Source: an uncultured Nitrososphaerales archaeon
GTDB taxonomy: Archaea; Thermoproteota; Nitrososphaeria; Nitrososphaerales; Nitrososphaeraceae
Direction of reading: 5' to 3'
DNA length: 39,853 bases
NCBI GenBank assembly: GCA_963709405.1
Contig: CAVPXM010000031.1
Coordinates: 1-39,853, forward strand
The notes beneath the pieces are model-generated. The model did not search any database and had not been told where the DNA came from. It saw only the letters and a list, made by a program, of their open reading frames with translations. This document shows positions 10,929 to 22,478 of this stretch, in pieces (the stretch's first letter is position 1; every line of letters begins with the position of its first letter). Made by a program: the position numbers and the translations under genes.

Positions 10929-12323
10929 CTATTCCACATAGTGTTGGTGAACAAGCTGGTCATAGAACCACTCACTTGATATTGACAAACTCTAGCATTC
11001 CAAACCTTGATAGCTCTCTTCCAAATCCACTTTTCTTCACACCACCAAAAGGTACTCTTGGATCGGAAATTACGACATTGTTTACAGTTACTATACCAGA
11101 CCGAACCATTTTTGACAATTTATCTGCTCTATCAAGGTCTTGCGTCCATATGCTTGCTCCAAGGCCATATTGAGAATCATTTGCAAGTCTCACAGCTTCC
11201 AGGTCATCTTCAGCAACTATTATTGGTGCAACTGGGCCAAAGACTTCTTCTTGTGCTACGCGCATATTTTGGGAAACATTCTTCAGAATTGTAGGCTTAT
11301 AAAAATACCCTTTGCTTCCTATCTGTTGACCTCCTGTGAGTATTTCGGCACCCGCTTTAACCGAATCTTTAACCTGAGAATCTATGGTCTTCAGGCCTGA
11401 AGCGTTTACAACAGGTCCTAAATCTGTATCTTCTGATAAAGGATCTCCCACCTTAAGTTTTTCTGTGTTTTGAACAAACTTTTCAATGAATTCGTTTGCA
11501 ATATTTTTTACCACGATAAATCGTTTCGATGCTATGCAACTCTGACCATTATTAACAAATCTGCCTTTGACAGCTCCACTTGATGCCTTTTCAATATCGG
11601 CATCTTCACACACTATGAATGGATCACTTCCACCTAATTCAAGCACACATTTTTTTATTTGTGATGTTGCTCTTTGAGCAACTTTACCTCCTACAGGAAC
11701 ACTTCCTGTAAATGTCACAGCATTAATATCTTCTGAATCGATAAGTATGTCTGCAATACTGGAATCTCCAACTATCGTTTGGAAAACTCCATCTGGTACT
11801 CCACTCCTATCAATCGCTTTTTCAATTTCTATTCCACATCCCATAGTAGCACTTGCTGGTTTTAGTACTATAGTATTACCAGCCATCAGCGAAGGAGCTG
11901 CAAATCTTAATGCTTGCCAATAAGGAAAATTCCAAGGCATGATACTTCCAATTACTCCTAATGGTTCAAATATCACAAGCTCTTTCTAGCATCCGTATTA
12001 ACTACTTTATCAGTTACAAACACCCGACCGTTATCTGCAAAATAATCCATTACCCATGCACATTTCTCGACTTCAGATCTTGCTTCTTTTATAGCCTTTC
12101 CCATTTCTTTTGTGACTTTTATTGCAAGCTCTTCCTTGTTTTTTCTTAGTTCATGAGCAAAATCATGAATATGATCAGCTCTTTTCTGTATATCTGTTTT
12201 CCACTCAGAAAAGGCTTGCTGAGCTTTCTTTGTTTTTTCATTTATCTGCTCTTTGGTCATTATCTCGTATGTGTCAATGACTTCTTCTGTTGCAGGATTT
12301 ATTGTAGAAAATTCTCTTATCAT
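10929..12323 (-). CDS. gabD: NAD(P)-dependent succinate-semialdehyde dehydrogenase-like aldehyde dehydrogenase, frameshifted
   Basis: TINPATEE, EMGKAIKEARSEVEKC, IMPWNFP, FTGS, LELGGSDP, NGQSC, EEVFGP, PFGGVKKSGFGRE; breaks near 11975 and 10972, with the C-terminus FYDQLVHQHYVE* in another frame. Confidence 0.88.
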
Positions 12324-13533
12324 TGTTGGATTCTGGTTACCTTTTATTTCTATGCATTCAACAATCGGCTCAATTTTCTTCAATATCAACTCGTGTTCAG
12401 AAGGCATATCTTCGATCCGTGGGATTATGATAAGGTCTACAACAGTATGCACAAAATTGAACCTAATTGATGAGGATGCAAGTATCACACTTTGATTATC
12501 CTTAGCTTGAACAATCAAATTGACGCGGCTATTTTCAACATTACTTATCCCATCTGATGTTATGGGAATCTCATAGTCTGTCTCCCTTTATTTCTAAAAT
12601 ATTGTTATGATGATTATGGTTGATAAGTTTGGTTACATCCTTAAAGATTTGACCATATAATTTCAATATTCATAGGAATTGAACTGAAAGATATACATAT
12701 TCAAAACTATAGAACCCCTTAACATGCAGGACCCCAACCCCCTTGAGCGCACTGTATGAGAGGGTTGAGGATGTAATATAATTAAACACTACGGATGAGG
12801 TTCATGCCATAGGACCAAAGTGCTTATAGTCTCTAAGGAGTGAGTTGCTGTAAATACTGTTATACACTGCTATTGTTATTCTTACAACATTTTCACCAAT
12901 AACATACTAATATTGATTTCAAAGATTAATTTTTATTTAGTTTGTTGGCGTCATGCACACAGGAATTTACCTCCAGGTACAATAGTGCAGGTAGTAACTA
13001 CTGCCTGGGCTTTGCTGAATGGATGCTATCTCTTTGTACTCTCTTGTAACAGAGGCTCATTCCATTAATAGAATCATGAGAAAATAAGGCGATTGCTGGA
13101 ACTTGGCATTCTACATACAGGAAAGATACTTCTGTGTTTCGTAGCCACTTTTCATAATATTGGATAAGAAGGAGATTTGAAAACATTTAGAATAGCGAAG
13201 TTCCGAGGTACCTGAGGCTAGCAGTTACTTCGTCTACTTGGTTGAAAGCTGAAACACCTTCTCCAACTTGTTTGATAATCTCAAAATCTCCAATGTTGAT
13301 TGAAATTGGAGTCGTATGATTTGACGTATGTAAGCTTCAAGAATTTTCCAATCCACCATATCTTTTTGATATCTTCTTGTTGTAAGGATAATCTAATTCT
13401 ACATGCAGCATTAAGTTTGAATGGAAGACTACTAACAAGTTCAAAAGGTGAATTAATGACGAATGCTAATGAATCAAACGAAAGGTTTAAAGCTATGTAG
13501 TTACCTATATATAGTAACCGTATATTATGAATA

Positions 13534-14058
13534 GTGGTAAGAATAAATCTTTCTGCAGAGGACAAGCAGGAGGGAATAATAATTAGAAAAACAAATTCGA
13601 CTTCATTTAAGAAACAAGTAGACTGGCGTCGAAATAAGGTACTTGAGCTACTCGTACAAGGACAAAATCAGTATGATATTGCAGAGGTTCTTCAAATCAG
13701 TCAACCTACAATAAGTAGAGATGTACAGTATCTGAGATCAAAAGCAAAAGAAGAAATCAAATTACACATCAATGAGAAATTACCAGAGGAATACCAGCGA
13801 TGCCTAACAGGAATTAATCAGGTATTAAAGATTGCATGGGACATGGCAAATAAACTACCTCAAGACAATCGACTAAAACTGCAAGCATTATCATTAGCAA
13901 ATGATTGTTACAAATACAAAATGGACTTGCTCACAAATGCCTCTGTGTTAAGTGATGCAATCAAATTTGTAGAGAATTCTAGAGACAAACTGGAAACCGT
14001 AAAGTCCGATACTCGACTTGAGGAACGACTAGAGGATAATATTATAGGCAAGGAATAA
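13534..14058 (+). CDS. HTH DNA-binding protein, putative terminase small subunit
   Basis: WRRNKVLELLVQGQNQYDIAEVLQISQPTISRDVQYL HTH plus helical tail; ends 5 bp before the terminase large subunit. Confidence 0.7.
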   Translation: MVRINLSAEDKQEGIIIRKTNSTSFKKQVDWRRNKVLELLVQGQNQYDIAEVLQISQPTISRDVQYLRSKAKEEIKLHINEKLPEEYQRCLTGINQVLKIAWDMANKLPQDNRLKLQALSLANDCYKYKMDLLTNASVLSDAIKFVENSRDKLETVKSDTRLEERLEDNIIGKE

Positions 14059-14063
14059 CAAAG

Positions 14064-15545
14064 ATGACATTCAAGGACCTACAGAAGATACTACAAGGAA
14101 TAACATCAGTTCAACAAGAACAACAAACCAGACTTTTTAATATCCTAAAAGGAAAAGAGTTTTGGATTTGGAATTCTGAAGAGCATAGACTAGAGGACAT
14201 TAGGACAAATGGAGATTGTTGTTTTAATCATATTATAGGACTTCCAAAGAAGAATAGGGTAGAAAAGCCTCTCTATGACTACGAGAAGATAATCTTCGAC
14301 AGCTTGCAGTCTCATAAACACATATGGATAAAGAAAGCTACTGGATTAGGTATCACTGAGTTCTTTCTAAGGTATATTGCATGGATGTGCTTAAGAAACA
14401 ATGAATATCAGGGTTCTCAGATCTGCATAGTAACAGGTCCTAACATAGACATTGCAATCAAACTCATAAAGAGATTAAAAGCATTATTTGAAGAAAAACA
14501 TCGAATTACATTCAATAATAAAGAAACTGTTCTAGAGCTAAATCGGTGTACCATAGAAGCCTTTCCATCCAATCATCTAGACTCGTACAGAGCATTGGAC
14601 AATCCCAAGTTCATATTTATTGATGAATCTGATTTTTTTCGCAAGTCAGAACAAGAGGATGTAAGACATGTGTCAGAGCGATATATTGCAAAATCAGATC
14701 CGTTCATAGTCATGGTTAGCACCCCTAATGCACCTGATGGTCTATTTGAGAAGATAGAGAAAGAACCAGAAGAGACTTGCTTGTACAAGAGATTAAAATT
14801 AGATTACACTTATGGTCTTGGCAAAATATACACTGCAGAAGAAATTCAGAAAGCAAGACAATCTCCATCATTTGATAGAGAGTATGACCTCAAATATCTG
14901 GGTCTTATAGGAAATGCATTCCATCAGCTAGATATTGATAATGCTATCACTGAGACTTATGATCCTAATGATGCATGGAGTGTATCAACAGCTTTAGGTA
15001 GAAGTATGGGAATAGACGAAGGATTTGGTAGTTCAGAGTTTGGTATTGTAATTACACAGGGTAAAGATAATGCAGTAGAGGTTATCTATGCTGAAAGTTT
15101 CAACCGACCTTTACATAATGACATGATAGATCTAATTCGTAAGCTAAAGAATAAACACCATATCACAAAAATATTCATAGATGCTTCAAATGCAGGTTTT
15201 ATTAGCACACTAAAATATCAACTGGGAGACTATGACTATAGAACATATACAGAACAAAAGAATATTATAAATCACATGTATGACCCTAGACGAGACTACA
15301 ATAATGTACAAGTATTTCCAGTTAACTTTGCAACTATGCATAAAGACATGCTAGCCCATACGAATGAACTATTGTCTGCCAAAAAAATAAAAATACATCC
15401 TACTTTCCAAAAGTTGATTACATCATTGAGAACAGCAGTGGTAAATATTAACACAGGAAACTTAGATAAAGATGCTACATCATATAATGATATATTTGAT
15501 GCATTTAGGATGTCTTTACTAAACTATAAGCTTGTAAAACCTTGA
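14064..15545 (+). CDS. terminase large subunit-like protein (ATPase + RNase H-type nuclease)
   Basis: Walker A KKATGLGITE, Walker B FIFIDESDF, coupling motif VSTPN, nuclease acidic motifs MGIDEGFG, FIDASN, NDIFDAFRM; intact 493 aa. Confidence 0.88.
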   Translation: MTFKDLQKILQGITSVQQEQQTRLFNILKGKEFWIWNSEEHRLEDIRTNGDCCFNHIIGLPKKNRVEKPLYDYEKIIFDSLQSHKHIWIKKATGLGITEFFLRYIAWMCLRNNEYQGSQICIVTGPNIDIAIKLIKRLKALFEEKHRITFNNKETVLELNRCTIEAFPSNHLDSYRALDNPKFIFIDESDFFRKSEQEDVRHVSERYIAKSDPFIVMVSTPNAPDGLFEKIEKEPEETCLYKRLKLDYTYGLGKIYTAEEIQKARQSPSFDREYDLKYLGLIGNAFHQLDIDNAITETYDPNDAWSVSTALGRSMGIDEGFGSSEFGIVITQGKDNAVEVIYAESFNRPLHNDMIDLIRKLKNKHHITKIFIDASNAGFISTLKYQLGDYDYRTYTEQKNIINHMYDPRRDYNNVQVFPVNFATMHKDMLAHTNELLSAKKIKIHPTFQKLITSLRTAVVNINTGNLDKDATSYNDIFDAFRMSLLNYKLVKP

Positions 15546-15643
15546 TCAATAGTATCACTTAACAGACTAAGCAAATATTTTATACTGGATTTTGGATCAG
15601 ACGACCTCTCTATTAATTATCATCTACAGTAAATCGCACTCTT

Positions 15644-16009
15644 TTATTGCATTGGATTAATAGAATGTCCAATGACCTTATCACCCTTCGTTATAATACA
15701 GCATGCACATTTTTGATTCAAACAGACTCCTGCTTGTTCATGCTTACAAATAGAACATATACATGGCTGTTGTTGGTGTTGGATAAGGTCACTACTAGAA
15801 TTACTAATTATTTTCTCATTCTGTTGCTGTTGCCGTTGTTGTTTTGATTTGTCATCAACATATAACCATAATAAAATCAAAGGAATACCCAATACAAAGA
15901 ATATGCCTATTGTTCGTATTGGAATCCGTAAGACAAATAGAAATATTCCAAAACATAATGTAGCCATGCCAAGGGCTAAAAGCCAACGTGTTGTAAGACT
16001 TTCGACCAT
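15644..16009 (-). CDS. two-TM membrane protein with poly-Q linker and Cys-rich C-terminus
   Basis: Hydrophobic N-half; CICSICKH...C...CACC. Confidence 0.65.
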   Translation of the reverse strand: MVESLTTRWLLALGMATLCFGIFLFVLRIPIRTIGIFFVLGIPLILLWLYVDDKSKQQRQQQQNEKIISNSSSDLIQHQQQPCICSICKHEQAGVCLNQKCACCIITKGDKVIGHSINPMQ

Positions 16010-16046
16010 TTATAGAATTCAAGCACCCCTATCAGATATATGACCT

Positions 16047-16359
16047 CTATTTGATATATGGTATTTCTTCATGCTGTTCTCCTTCTACTTCTTCATTCTC
16101 TTCTTCTTCTTTTGCACTATTACTACTAGTTCTATTATCTGCTGTTGCGAGTCTTTTTCGTTTTCTTCGTAATTTCCTTACTTCTTCAAGTATTTCTCTT
16201 AATTGCTTCTCAGAAATCTTTGATATTCTAGAGTCACATTCTATACCTTTTGCCTCTAGAACCTCTTCTGTTAGTTCAATGATTTCGTCTTTCTGCTGCC
16301 TCTTCTTCCACAGTTAGCATATTATTGCTTCTAAATCGAAAGAAGGCAAATTCACTCAT
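16047..16359 (-). CDS. charged hypothetical protein, frameshifted (not in ORF track)
   Basis: Open frame WKKRQQKDEIIELTEEVLEAKGIECD...EEIPYIK*; ATG in an adjacent frame at 16359. Confidence 0.5.
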
Positions 16360-16656
16360 TATGATTACTACTATTACGACAGACTTGTTATTATTTAGCT
16401 TGTCTTATTTGAATTTGCATTATACTTTCATGGTAAGAATGGACAACTGAAAGATATAGTATATGCCTTGCATCAGTTAAGATATTTTCTCCTTGTCATG
16501 GTGACAAACAATTAGATTTAGATTTAGCCATTTCTGTACGCTTATATATTTAAGTAGATAAATCTGCATATGCTATCTGTTATGAATAATAATCATAATC
16601 GCTAGTTCACAAATAAACGACTGTGAATAGCAATTTTACTTTTATTCACAATGCAA

Positions 16657-17133
16657 TTACTTGATATTTCGGACGATTTTTAGAATATCTAAGGTCTGTT
16701 TTTGTAGTTGCTTTATTTGTCCTTCAATTTGCTTGATTGACTTGAACTGTCTTTCTGTAGTTGTAATGTACTTTTGCAGTGGTTTAAGAATTTTTGTTAT
16801 TTGATCTATATTACTGGTCTGTTTTGCAAGCTGCCCTTTTAAATCTGTTAACCGACGGGTTTCAGCCAATCTAGCAACAGGTTTTATCAATTTTTTTCTT
16901 TTTTCTTTTTTCTTTACTTTTGCTCTTGACATTGTTCCACCTTCCTCCTGCCTAGTTGGTATTGTTGATGTTTGTTTATCATCTTTTTCATTAAGCACTT
17001 CAGTTTCAAAATCCTGTCCAATTGGTAACTGTTCTTCAGACTGTTTGTTTTCCCCTAGTAGCGACACCTTTTCTTCTTCCCTGTTTGATGGAGGGTCATT
17101 ATTATCATCATTATCGATAGTCTCACGAGACAT
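16657..17133 (-). CDS. hypothetical protein with acidic N-terminus and basic coiled-coil C-terminus
   Basis: 158 aa ORF; KKKEKRKK tract and heptad repeats. Confidence 0.65.
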   Translation of the reverse strand: MSRETIDNDDNNDPPSNREEEKVSLLGENKQSEEQLPIGQDFETEVLNEKDDKQTSTIPTRQEEGGTMSRAKVKKKEKRKKLIKPVARLAETRRLTDLKGQLAKQTSNIDQITKILKPLQKYITTTERQFKSIKQIEGQIKQLQKQTLDILKIVRNIK

Positions 17134-17293
17134 ACATCTTCAAATTATAATGATCATTTTTGTTGCTCATAAGTATTACCTTGGTCTATCCAAAACAATT
17201 ACATCAGATATCAAAAGACAAAGATAAAATTAAGATCGAAAGATAGAACTATAGCGTTCTAATATTATGTTATCTTCAAGCGCCTAATGTCGA

Positions 17294-17665
17294 TTGCTTT
17301 TCATCAACATTGACTACTATCTTGGAATAGAATTGAATTCATTTTTTACTAGAAACGTTATGAAAAATGATTGGTGCAAAAGACTCATACTCATATGGGA
17401 CAACGCTTCATGCCATGTAAGCCTAATGGCACGGAATTATATCAATGCACAGGAAGAAGATTGGCTGACCATAATCCACCTACCAACAAAAGCGCCATAC
17501 CTAAATCCAAATGAAAGGAAAGTAAACCAGCAGATAAAATCAGATGTGTGTGCAAACAGATTTTATACATAGATAGAAGAACAGAAAGCTGCCAGTATCA
17601 GGTTATCTAGAGAGTAGATTTGGAACTTGGAATGACGACAGACACTACGACACTTGACTTAATAG
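17294..17665 (+). mobile_element. IS630-family (DDE_3) transposase remnant, 3' part
   Basis: LILIWDNASCH and HLPTKAPYLNPNERK motifs; internal stop at 17570-17572 with continuation IEEQKA. Confidence 0.8.
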
Positions 17666-17783
17666 TGATCCCCTTACTATCATTGCAAACGTCTTGCTTT
17701 TTCATACTCTGTAACAAAAAGGGACTGATCTCCTTACATATATACTACGACAGTTAATGAGTACAAATGAGACAGGAGAGACC

Positions 17784-18138
17784 ATGAATCCTGAGAGAGA
17801 CGGTATCAATCCAACTGCAAAACCGACCGGTACAGGTTGCGTCGAGTGTTTGACAACTGGTGAGTGGTGGCTACACCTCCGCCGATGCGCCGAATGCGGG
17901 CACATCGGCTGCTGCCGATAACTCGCCAAACCAACATGCCTCAAAGCACAACGCGACTACCGGTCATCCGATTATCACCAGCTTCGAGCACGGAGAGGAT
18001 TGGTTCTACGACTACCGCACACGAGAGTTCTTTGCAGGGCCTAAGCTACCCGGTCCTCATGGCCACCCCTTAGATCAGCCCGTGCCTGGACCGGCAGGAC
18101 GGGTGCCCATAGAGTGGCAATCACTCCTCCATGAATAA
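17784..18138 (+). CDS. UBP-type zinc finger protein, one frameshift near 17915
   Basis: GCVECLTTGEWWLHLRRCAECGHIGCC / DNSPNQHASKHNATTGHPIITSFEHGEDWFYDY; SD AGGAG; markedly GC-rich. Confidence 0.88.
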
Positions 18139-18393
18139 AGTGCACCTTGCATCCAAGCTGGGCTTGGGAGCGATGCGCCAGATGTTCCCCTGACTTTCCT
18201 GTGCGCGCTTCTGGTGATACGAGAAACCTTGTCTATTTACTTCTGATTTATCCATGAAATGCTTTCCACATTTTTCACATCTTTCTATGATAAGTAATAG
18301 ACTACATTATATTCGCAAATATTTGGTATAAGTGTTGCTTGATATAGATGTGGGGCTTGTGGATAATCAATATACGAGATAATATATAGCTAT

Positions 18394-19227
18394 ATGTCAA
18401 CACTTAAGATGGCTGCCATAAATCTTTTTAAGACTAGCGCATATTCACTTTATAAAAATCCTATACTCTTGTTATTGCCTTCTATAGGCTCTGTCATATC
18501 TATTGTATCAGAGGTTTTTTTTGTTATAGGACTTCGTAATAACAATAACCAAAACTATTTCCCTTTTTCAGACATTGTAATTCTCTTTTTATTTTTCATA
18601 TCATTTACTATAGCTTACTTCCAGCTATTCGTTGCAAGAAAAGTTATATTAAAAACAGCATTTAAAACTAAGAATTACTATAACGTAGTAGTCATAGAGC
18701 TTCTCATAATTTATTCAATTTATGCATTAGCACTAACAGGTATTGGAGGTTATGAAAGTGATATGAGGAAAAGCTTAGCTTCCGTAACGTCAGATCGTTT
18801 CTCATTGTATATATCTAAGGTCAATACTTATAATGACCATACAATTTTATCCATTGTTTCCTCTGGTATCACTATAGTTTTACTATCAGTAATTATTTAC
18901 ATGTTCTTTAATGCTTGGATGATACAGTATGTCTTGATAGGAGCTCAAAACATAAGCAGCGGTAGATATAGTCTTTAAGAATCTTTCAAAAACATGTTTA
19001 GTCTTACAATACAAGAAAATGCTAAAGATAAAAAGAAAGATATAGCATCGCTATTTATTGTTACAATGTTAATCTCGGTTATTGAATTTGTACTTACAAA
19101 TATGGCAGTTTTTCCTATTGCAGATATTTTAAGCCTTTATGTGTTACAATTTGTAGTCCTAAGTGTAATAGAAGCAATTTATTCACCTTTCTTTATAGTA
19201 TACTTCTTTCTAACTTTTTCGTCATGA
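18394..19227 (+). CDS. multi-pass membrane protein interrupted by an in-frame TAA at 18976-18978
   Basis: ORFs 18394-18978 and 18994-19227 share a frame and both are hydrophobic. Confidence 0.6.
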
Positions 19228-19475
19228 CCGTTCTATTTACTACATGGTAATAAGATTCTCATTTAGATTTATTATTTTGGAAAGCCAACAAAAGAGAATT
19301 GGTTCTTCAAACTTTTTTGATCTTCCTTATCAAAGTTTATTTTTCTTTTTGATTCGAGTAATGATAGGTTATAGACAATATTACTGATTCGAAAATTCTT
19401 TTAATAGATGAGCCATCCGTAAATATATTTGATTATAAACCAAATTCAGTCTCTAATATAAAAATGTCTTCATAC

Positions 19476-19788
19476 AGAAGATGACAGATTACTCTCCACT
19501 CATTTTAGAAGATTTGAAGGCGACTATCAGACCTTGGGTATGTCGACTATTCTGAATATTTTATAGGACATTCCGGTTCTACATACTTATTTGATATTTC
19601 TAAATGTTCATCAATTAGAAAGGCAAGGTGCAGATATACAGACAAAAGTAGAAGAATTAGAACAACTAAACCAATCAATGAGAGATCGTGATAAAATGAA
19701 AGATGATGCTATAGCACACCTGTCGGACCAACTTGTGGCTATAACAGCAAGATTACAGGCACTTGAGAGAAGACAAATAAGAGCGTAG
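19476..19788 (+). pseudogene. tyrosine recombinase/integrase C-terminal remnant
   Basis: Frameshifted ITLHSF-RRF (HxxR), LGYVDYSEYFIGHSGSTY (GH...Y), then a coiled-coil tail FLNVHQLERQGADIQTKVEELE. Confidence 0.7.
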
Positions 19789-20066
19789 ATATTTTGTTAT
19801 GAGTGACAGAAAATAAAGGACTACAATAATAGTAATCATCAAACGATGATTGACATCTGTTGCTGTGGCCACAAACACAGTTCTCATTAGTTGGACGGAT
19901 ATGTTATTATTTTCCACAGCTATCTTATTAACGTTAGTCTTCATGGGAGATCACGATATCGCTTGCGGTGTGGAAGCATGGTACGCGCTGGGATGGAAGC
20001 TTCCATCAACTCAATTCAGTCAGCTGACTCAATTCTTAGTTGACATGAGATCGACAAAAGTTAGAG

Positions 20067-22290
20067 TCAGGTCGGCAACTGCGGCAAGCTAAAAGCAAAG
20101 GTAGCACCTCTGCCATTGATATTATTCTTGGCCCATATTTTGCCGCCATGCGCCTCTATTATACTCTTTGAAATATACAAGCCCAACCCTATCCCATGCT
20201 CTGATTTCGTCGCAAATTTCGTAAATAGCCTCGGCATTATCTCTGAATCAATACCTTCACCATCGTCCTTTACAGCGATATTCCATTCATTTACATTCCT
20301 TGTCTTCTCTGATAATGATACTATAAGTGATCCATGTTTTGTAAATTTTAATGCATTGTCCAATAAATTATGGACAACTTGGCGAATTCTTTGTCTATCT
20401 CCAAGAACAAAAGCATTCTTGAATCTACATTTGAATGATATATTATACCCATTCGCAACACCTTCACGATCTTTACTATAATCATCTAATAAACCATTAA
20501 TTGTAACGACCAAATCAAATACATCATTTCTTAGTTCTAATGAGTTACCATCAATCCTTGATACATCCAAAATATCTTCGGTAAGAAATTTTAAACGACG
20601 CGCGTTCCTACTAATAATGGATATAAATTCTTGATATTGTTCAATATTACCTTTCTTACTACCCAGAATATCTGCCAAGCCCAATATTGGTTGAATAGGT
20701 GTTCGTAACTCGTGCGCAGACCATATTAACAAACTCATTTTTCATTCTATCATGTAACTTAAGTTGTTCTGCTACTTCAATCTGTTTCCATAAGAATTCA
20801 AGGATTGAAATATAAGATAATGCCATATGTTTACTATTTGAATATATTGCAAGTCCTGCCGCGTCGTAGGAATTATCCTTTGTATCATCTTTTGTCTCTA
20901 TGATAAAGGACCATTTTCTATCAATTACTAGAATGCCTAAACTCGTTTGTGAACCTATATCAATACACTTGATCTCGATTTTGTAATCGAAATTGTTAGT
21001 ATAGTCACTATTACTCTTACTTTGATTAGTTCTTCTCTTCAAGAACTGGTTTTCTTTCATTTGTCTCGCATATTCTTGTTCTAGAATTTGATTCACTGTG
21101 TCCTTATCACCAGGAATCAATATCCTAATACTTAATCCCTTTCTAGCCGATTCATCTAATAGTTGTATAGATCCTGATTGGACCAGACGACGAAAAGAAT
21201 TAAGTGTTGGAATTATCCCAAAAATTTCAAAATCTGCGTTTTTAAATTCCTTTAAAATCCGTTGAATTGCTTTGCCAGGATTCCTAATTATTTCAATGTT
21301 AGAGGGGACTACAATACCTTGGTCGATCTCATCCAGCCTACCCTGAGCATCAATACTATCTGTCCATAGTTCTTCAAATACCTTGGAGAAATACTTTACA
21401 TACATTGGTTCATCACTGATTAACAGTATCTGAACTTGTTTTCCCCTTTCTATTCTTTCAAATGTTACTGCTATCTCTTTGTCAGTTATGCCAAAACTCA
21501 TTGGTGGAAGATTACTAGTGTGTCTTATCTTTACGCCATCTTGTAGAAACTTTCGAGCAAGATCTGCATTATACTTGTTATCTATGTTACAAATATATCT
21601 TATTCCTTTATGTTGTCCTTTCATCTGCTTTTCTATCAATTTCCTGTTTGACTCAACGAAATAATCCTGTACATATTGCAAACCTCCAGGTGCAGATATG
21701 CAAGATAAAACCTCATTTGATACATCTGAGAAACGGTTGAATTCTCTAATGATCTCTTCTGCATTCTCTATAATTCTTGTTTTATGTATAACAATACCCT
21801 CCTCTAGTTCTCTGATCTTTTGCTCAGCTGGAATTGCTGTCTTCCAAAGAGTATCAAAAATATATTGAGCTTGTTCAACTACCTCCTTCACATTACTGTA
21901 AATGACCTGCATAAGGGGAGTGCTTTCTTGCAATAGTGTTGTAGCCATATACTCGCTTTCACTAACTGCGACACCGCCTTTGACTCCCTCTAAATGTTTG
22001 AGTTCATCAACTAGTTTTATCAATTGCTTACAATAATGAACATTATCTTTTGTAATTTCTGTAAATGCTCTTATCTTTCCTCCTCTCTTTTGGATGTCTT
22101 TGTAACCATTTTTGTATTCTACAACATCTACCACAATCGAAGGAGCATTTTTATCAAAAAAAATATCCATCTTCTCTCTCACATTTGACATAAAATAAAC
22201 TCCACGACCCACAGCTTTTTCGACACCATATAATATTTCTGAACTCCTGTCTTTGGTTGGAGGATATGGCGTAGTAGAGGTGGTAGTCAA
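20067..22290 (-). CDS. cytoplasmic sensor histidine kinase, frameshifted at the H-box (about 20720)
   Basis: AHELRTPIQPILG H-box, NLLDNALKF, KDDGEGI, FTKFATKS, GIGLGLYIS; long N-terminal sensor region. Confidence 0.9.
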
Positions 22291-22478
22291 GTAGAAGTAT
22301 TACGAAGAATTCAGCATATAAGGGTAAGGATGTTTGAGTATTTTAATAGTTTAATGATATTTCTTTTTTATAAAATCATAGATCATACATATAAAGTAAA
22401 CGTATTCTTCAAGCTGTTTGCATTTTTTTGAGACAGGCTCAAAGATCTACTTCACATTTTATGAACACACTATCTTTG

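Noticed and set aside
10976-12495. Plus-strand ORFs over gabD, and similar shadow ORFs over rfcL, the kinase, TerL, ppk2 and 16051-16317
   Set aside because: Antisense shadows of better-supported genes
12324-12518. N-terminal extension of the aldehyde dehydrogenase ORF
   Set aside because: Family similarity starts at MIREFSTINPATEE; the upstream part has no recognisable domain
12998-13500. Short ORFs upstream of the terminase pair as viral genes
   Set aside because: No recognisable motif in any frame; possibly decayed coding DNA but unsupported
7352-19788. The two integrase fragments as an SSV-type split integrase flanking one integrated element
   Set aside because: SSV-type integration leaves intC upstream and intN downstream in the gene's direction, the reverse of what is seen. 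There is no tRNA overlap or att repeat, and the fragments look like different subfamilies.
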